Origin: Paraphysomonas bandaiensis
Taxonomy: Eukaryota; Protista; Chrysophyceae
Length of the DNA stretch: 19,905 nucleotides
NCBI GenBank assembly: GCA_965644295.1
Contig: CBFFRP010000510.1
Location: 1-19,905 of the forward strand
Direction of reading: 5' to 3'
Of the stretch, positions 16,977 through 19,905 are shown in pieces. Position numbers and translations under genes: made by a program. Position 1 is the stretch's first letter, and every line of letters starts with the position of its first letter. Below the pieces are notes generated by a model. It was given only the letters and a program-made list of their open reading frames with translations. It had not been told where the DNA came from and searched no databases.

Positions 16977-18509
16977 ATGTCAATATATACGAAGCCGAAA
17001 ACAAGTAATAATACCATATTCAACGCAGAGAACTTTAAACAGAGAGAAACAGCAAGAGTTATATTAAACATGGCAGAATATGCAAGATTAGACAATGCGA
17101 GATTTACGGAGAATGTTGAAATCGTCTCTGGTAAGAACATAACCATTAATAATGAACCTCAAACAGTCGCTTTCACAGATTCAAAGAACACGATGTTATT
17201 GGATATGAACACAAGATTATTAAACCTTACTGAAGATGAAATTCAAACATTAGACGGAATAAATACCAATGAAACTATACAATCACAATTAAACACATTG
17301 ACAGCAAGTTTTAACGGTCTTGATGCTCTTCAAGACATAGATTTAATTAATATTCCAGCTTTGCAGTCTGATGTCGCAGATTTACAAGCTCAAGATACAA
17401 TATTACAGAATCAAATAAATTCCAATGATACAGACATAGCAAATTTACAAACTCAGATTACTAATAACGACACAGACATAGCAAATTTACAAACTCAGAT
17501 TACTAATAACGACACAGACATAGCAAATTTACAAACTCAGATTACTAATAACGATACAGACATAACAAACTTACAAAATGACGTGACAACACTACAAACA
17601 GAAGATACAAATTTGCAGAATCAAATAAATTCCAATGATACAGACATAGCAAATTTACAAACTCAGATTACTAATAACGATACAGACATAACAAACTTAC
17701 AAAATGACGTGACAACACTACAAACAGAAGATACAAATTTGCAGAATCAAATAAATTCCAATGATACAGACATAGCAAATTTACAAACTCAAATAACAAC
17801 AAACACTAATGATATAACATCATTACAAACTCAAATAACAAACAATGATAATGATATAACATCATTACAAACTCAAATAACAAACAATGACAATGATATA
17901 ACAAACTTACAAACTCAAATAACAACAAACACTAATGATATATTAACTAAAAATGACATTATTAATGTTAATAATAAGTTGGATTCGTCTTTAGTCTATG
18001 ATTCAACATTCACAGATACAGTGGATAACTTATTAAGCACGATAGACGGAAACATAACAACACTTGAGAATACAAAATTGAATTTAACAGGCGGAACAAT
18101 AACAGGCAATATAACAACTAAACAAATAAGCGAATCACTCAGCACAACATATTCGTTTTCATCAAATGTTTTGACATATGATTATAACAATGGAGCAATC
18201 GTATATTTCAATGGATTGACAGCAGACACAAACTTTCAACTTGATATAACGAATGTCAATTCAAGTAACTTAACAAACACTTCTTTCACAGTGTCAATAA
18301 TCATAGATACATCAAGTTATAAAGCATATATAAACACTTTAAAAGTTAATACAGTGTCACAAACTTTAAATGTGTCTGGAGGTTTAGCTAATGTTAACGT
18401 GGACGACGTGACAACATCAGGAGCAATACTACAGACGATAACAATAATATATACTAACTCAGGAACATCACCGACTAAAGTCATATCTAATGTAGGTTCA
18501 TATTATTAA
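16977..18509 (+). CDS. Putative virion fibre/spike protein with trimeric coiled-coil stalk
   Basis: About 13 tandem 14-aa (double-heptad) units of the TNNDTDIANLQTQI type, then the fibre-type motif KLNLTGGTITGNI and a T/S/N-rich, probably beta-rich C-terminal domain. Confidence 0.7.
   Translation: MSIYTKPKTSNNTIFNAENFKQRETARVILNMAEYARLDNARFTENVEIVSGKNITINNEPQTVAFTDSKNTMLLDMNTRLLNLTEDEIQTLDGINTNETIQSQLNTLTASFNGLDALQDIDLINIPALQSDVADLQAQDTILQNQINSNDTDIANLQTQITNNDTDIANLQTQITNNDTDIANLQTQITNNDTDITNLQNDVTTLQTEDTNLQNQINSNDTDIANLQTQITNNDTDITNLQNDVTTLQTEDTNLQNQINSNDTDIANLQTQITTNTNDITSLQTQITNNDNDITSLQTQITNNDNDITNLQTQITTNTNDILTKNDIINVNNKLDSSLVYDSTFTDTVDNLLSTIDGNITTLENTKLNLTGGTITGNITTKQISESLSTTYSFSSNVLTYDYNNGAIVYFNGLTADTNFQLDITNVNSSNLTNTSFTVSIIIDTSSYKAYINTLKVNTVSQTLNVSGGLANVNVDDVTTSGAILQTITIIYTNSGTSPTKVISNVGSYY
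17390..17945 (+). repeat. 42-bp coding tandem repeat with a 126-bp higher-order duplication
   Basis: Near-exact repeats of ACAGACATAGCAAATTTACAAACTCAGATTACTAATAACGA(C/T). The 42-aa block DTDIANLQTQITNNDTDITNLQNDVTTLQTEDTNLQNQINSN occurs twice in tandem. Confidence 0.95.
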
Positions 18510-18561
18510 TAAAATAATATAAAACAATTTAAAAAAATATTATATATACATATTATATATC

Positions 18562-18747
18562 ATGCCTAAAGATAGTGGAAAACCTAAAGAGATTAAGACA
18601 AAGTGTAAACACTGTAACAAAGCTATAAGAAGTATAAATAACGATTGGAAGTCTAGAGAGTATCATAAGAAATGTTATAAAGAGATTGAAGATATGAAGA
18701 TGATGATGATTACCTTGGAGAAGTATCAGAGGATGTATAATTTATAA
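18562..18747 (+). CDS. Small putative Zn-binding protein (CxxC...HxxC)
   Basis: CKHC...HKKC. Preceded by the AAAACAATTTAAAA...TATATATC motif. Confidence 0.7.
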   Translation: MPKDSGKPKEIKTKCKHCNKAIRSINNDWKSREYHKKCYKEIEDMKMMMITLEKYQRMYNL

Positions 18748-18819
18748 GTTTTGATATTGTTGTGATTAGTTAATTAGTATTATATATACATATGTATATG
18801 TAACATTGTAACAATCAAA

Positions 18820-19143
18820 TTAGTAGCCTTGTTCAGGTTTTATATAAGTTCCGTGTGAATCATCATATTCTTTTAATAACTTTTGTCTTTTCTCATAAGC
18901 TTTAGTTTTTTCAAGTTGTTCATTTGGTAAGTTTCTATTGATTGGATTCTTATAATATATCTGTTGTCTTTCATTAAGAAGTTCAACTTGTTTTTTTCGT
19001 TTCTGTATTTCTAAGTCTTTGATTAAGGCTTTGTATCCTTCAATTTGTTTAACTATGTTTGATATTTCAGTTTGAACTTGTGGTTTCTTAGTCTTTGGTA
19101 TTGCATACAACTCGTTTTTTAAACAGATTACGAAATCACTCAT
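18820..19143 (-). CDS. Hypothetical 107-aa coiled-coil protein
   Basis: Clean ORF with element-like composition and a heptad pattern. The upstream TTATAAAACTATTT...CTATTATATA motif is shared with the lipase gene. Confidence 0.7.
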   Translation of the reverse strand: MSDFVICLKNELYAIPKTKKPQVQTEISNIVKQIEGYKALIKDLEIQKRKKQVELLNERQQIYYKNPINRNLPNEQLEKTKAYEKRQKLLKEYDDSHGTYIKPEQGY

Positions 19144-19176
19144 TTATATAATAGATTTAGAAATAGTTTTATAACT

Positions 19177-19860
19177 TTATTTTCCAAATCTCTTATCAGG
19201 TTTCAAATACTTCAATTCATCTGTATTGTGAGACTTTAAAAGATTGTTTGTTTTTGAATTGAAGACATGTGTTTTGTTGTTATTAGGATTGAAATAATTT
19301 AAAGATGAGACAGGATCATTGTGTGTTTTGATATCTGTTTGATTGTCACGAGTCTTTTTTGTCATTTCTAAAGGTGATATTGCCTTATTAAATGTTATCA
19401 CATTCTTGGAATTCTTCCCTACTTCTTCCGCTACAAGTGCTCCTAAAGAATGACCTATTGTATGCATGTTTTCAGTTCCATATTTCTTTTCTGCTTTCTT
19501 TTGTATCTTCTTAGCATGTTTAAATCTATTTCCTCTGTGTCCAAATAATAAGCCTACATCAGTTAATACATCTTGTTTAGAGTTTGTTCCACGATGAACA
19601 ACAACAGGTTTATCGTTTCCTTCATCATAATAAACTTTTGTTCTTTTTCCTGATAAGTGTTTATCAACTTTGAAATTACCTACATCTTTGTTCTTTTTGT
19701 CATAAGAAGCCTTTAATAACTTTCTTGTTTCATCTGCTGTTAATGAACCACCTTTCATTTCATAATACAGTTTTTTACATAAAGGATCTGACAAGGCTTC
19801 ATTATACTTCATATTGTTCACTTGACTGTATTGCTTTACATGTTGTATCCACTTTGACAT
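19177..19860 (-). CDS. Class-3-like lipase / alpha-beta hydrolase with a short N-terminal extension
   Basis: VVHRGT, nucleophile elbow GHSLG, ITFN, NDPVS (catalytic Asp candidate) and a C-terminal His (KSHN). Confidence 0.85.
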   Translation of the reverse strand: MSKWIQHVKQYSQVNNMKYNEALSDPLCKKLYYEMKGGSLTADETRKLLKASYDKKNKDVGNFKVDKHLSGKRTKVYYDEGNDKPVVVHRGTNSKQDVLTDVGLLFGHRGNRFKHAKKIQKKAEKKYGTENMHTIGHSLGALVAEEVGKNSKNVITFNKAISPLEMTKKTRDNQTDIKTHNDPVSSLNYFNPNNNKTHVFNSKTNNLLKSHNTDELKYLKPDKRFGK

Positions 19861-19905
19861 TACTATTGTGTATATAATAGTAACATAAAATAGTTTTATA
19901 ATGCT

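Larger units (their letters stand above)
3261..19905. mobile_element. Endogenous Polinton/Maverick-like or virophage-related DNA element(s), extending beyond the right edge
   Basis: Abrupt shift to AT-rich compact ORFs. Carries rve integrase-chromodomain, PolB-like, SF3 helicase, HNH, fibre-like and lipase genes, a gene set typical of Polintons, Polinton-like viruses and Mavirus-type virophages. No capsid gene recognised in the window. Confidence 0.8.

Noticed and set aside
5910-17146. Short antisense or alternate-frame ORFs overlapping the main genes (e.g. 5910, 7707, 9060, 11980, 12830, 13950, 14038, 14617, 15386, 15626, 16943)
   Set aside because: Shadow ORFs of strongly A-biased coding strands, with F/S/L-rich composition and no recognisable motifs.

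Overview
This looks like eukaryotic genomic DNA. Positions ~1-3260 are a decayed Ty1/Copia LTR retrotransposon (RT/RNase H remnants plus a probable 3' LTR). From ~3261 to the end is AT-rich, gene-dense, apparently intron-free DNA resembling an endogenous Polinton/Maverick-like or virophage-related element. The dominant structure is a ~13.7 kb mirror (3261-16975). Two head-to-head arms each carry, from the centre outward: SF3/D5-like helicase, a ~110-aa unknown protein, an unusually short PolB-like protein, a convergent rve integrase with chromodomain, and a small Zn-finger gene. The outer parts of the arms (integrase, Zn-finger, noncoding blocks) are closely related, about 88% aa for the integrase by manual count. 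The inner helicase/small protein/PolB cassettes share only motif-level similarity. The centre (9400-10550) is noncoding, with iteron-like repeats, inverted repeats and a GC-rich multi-hairpin island. The right arm keeps an HNH endonuclease (deleted to a 42-bp remnant in the left arm) and has a B-box-containing structured RNA candidate. Beyond the mirror are a coiled-coil fibre-like gene, two small ORFs and a class-3-like lipase. No capsid, packaging ATPase or protease gene is recognisable in the window. All assignments come from motifs read by eye, not from database searches.
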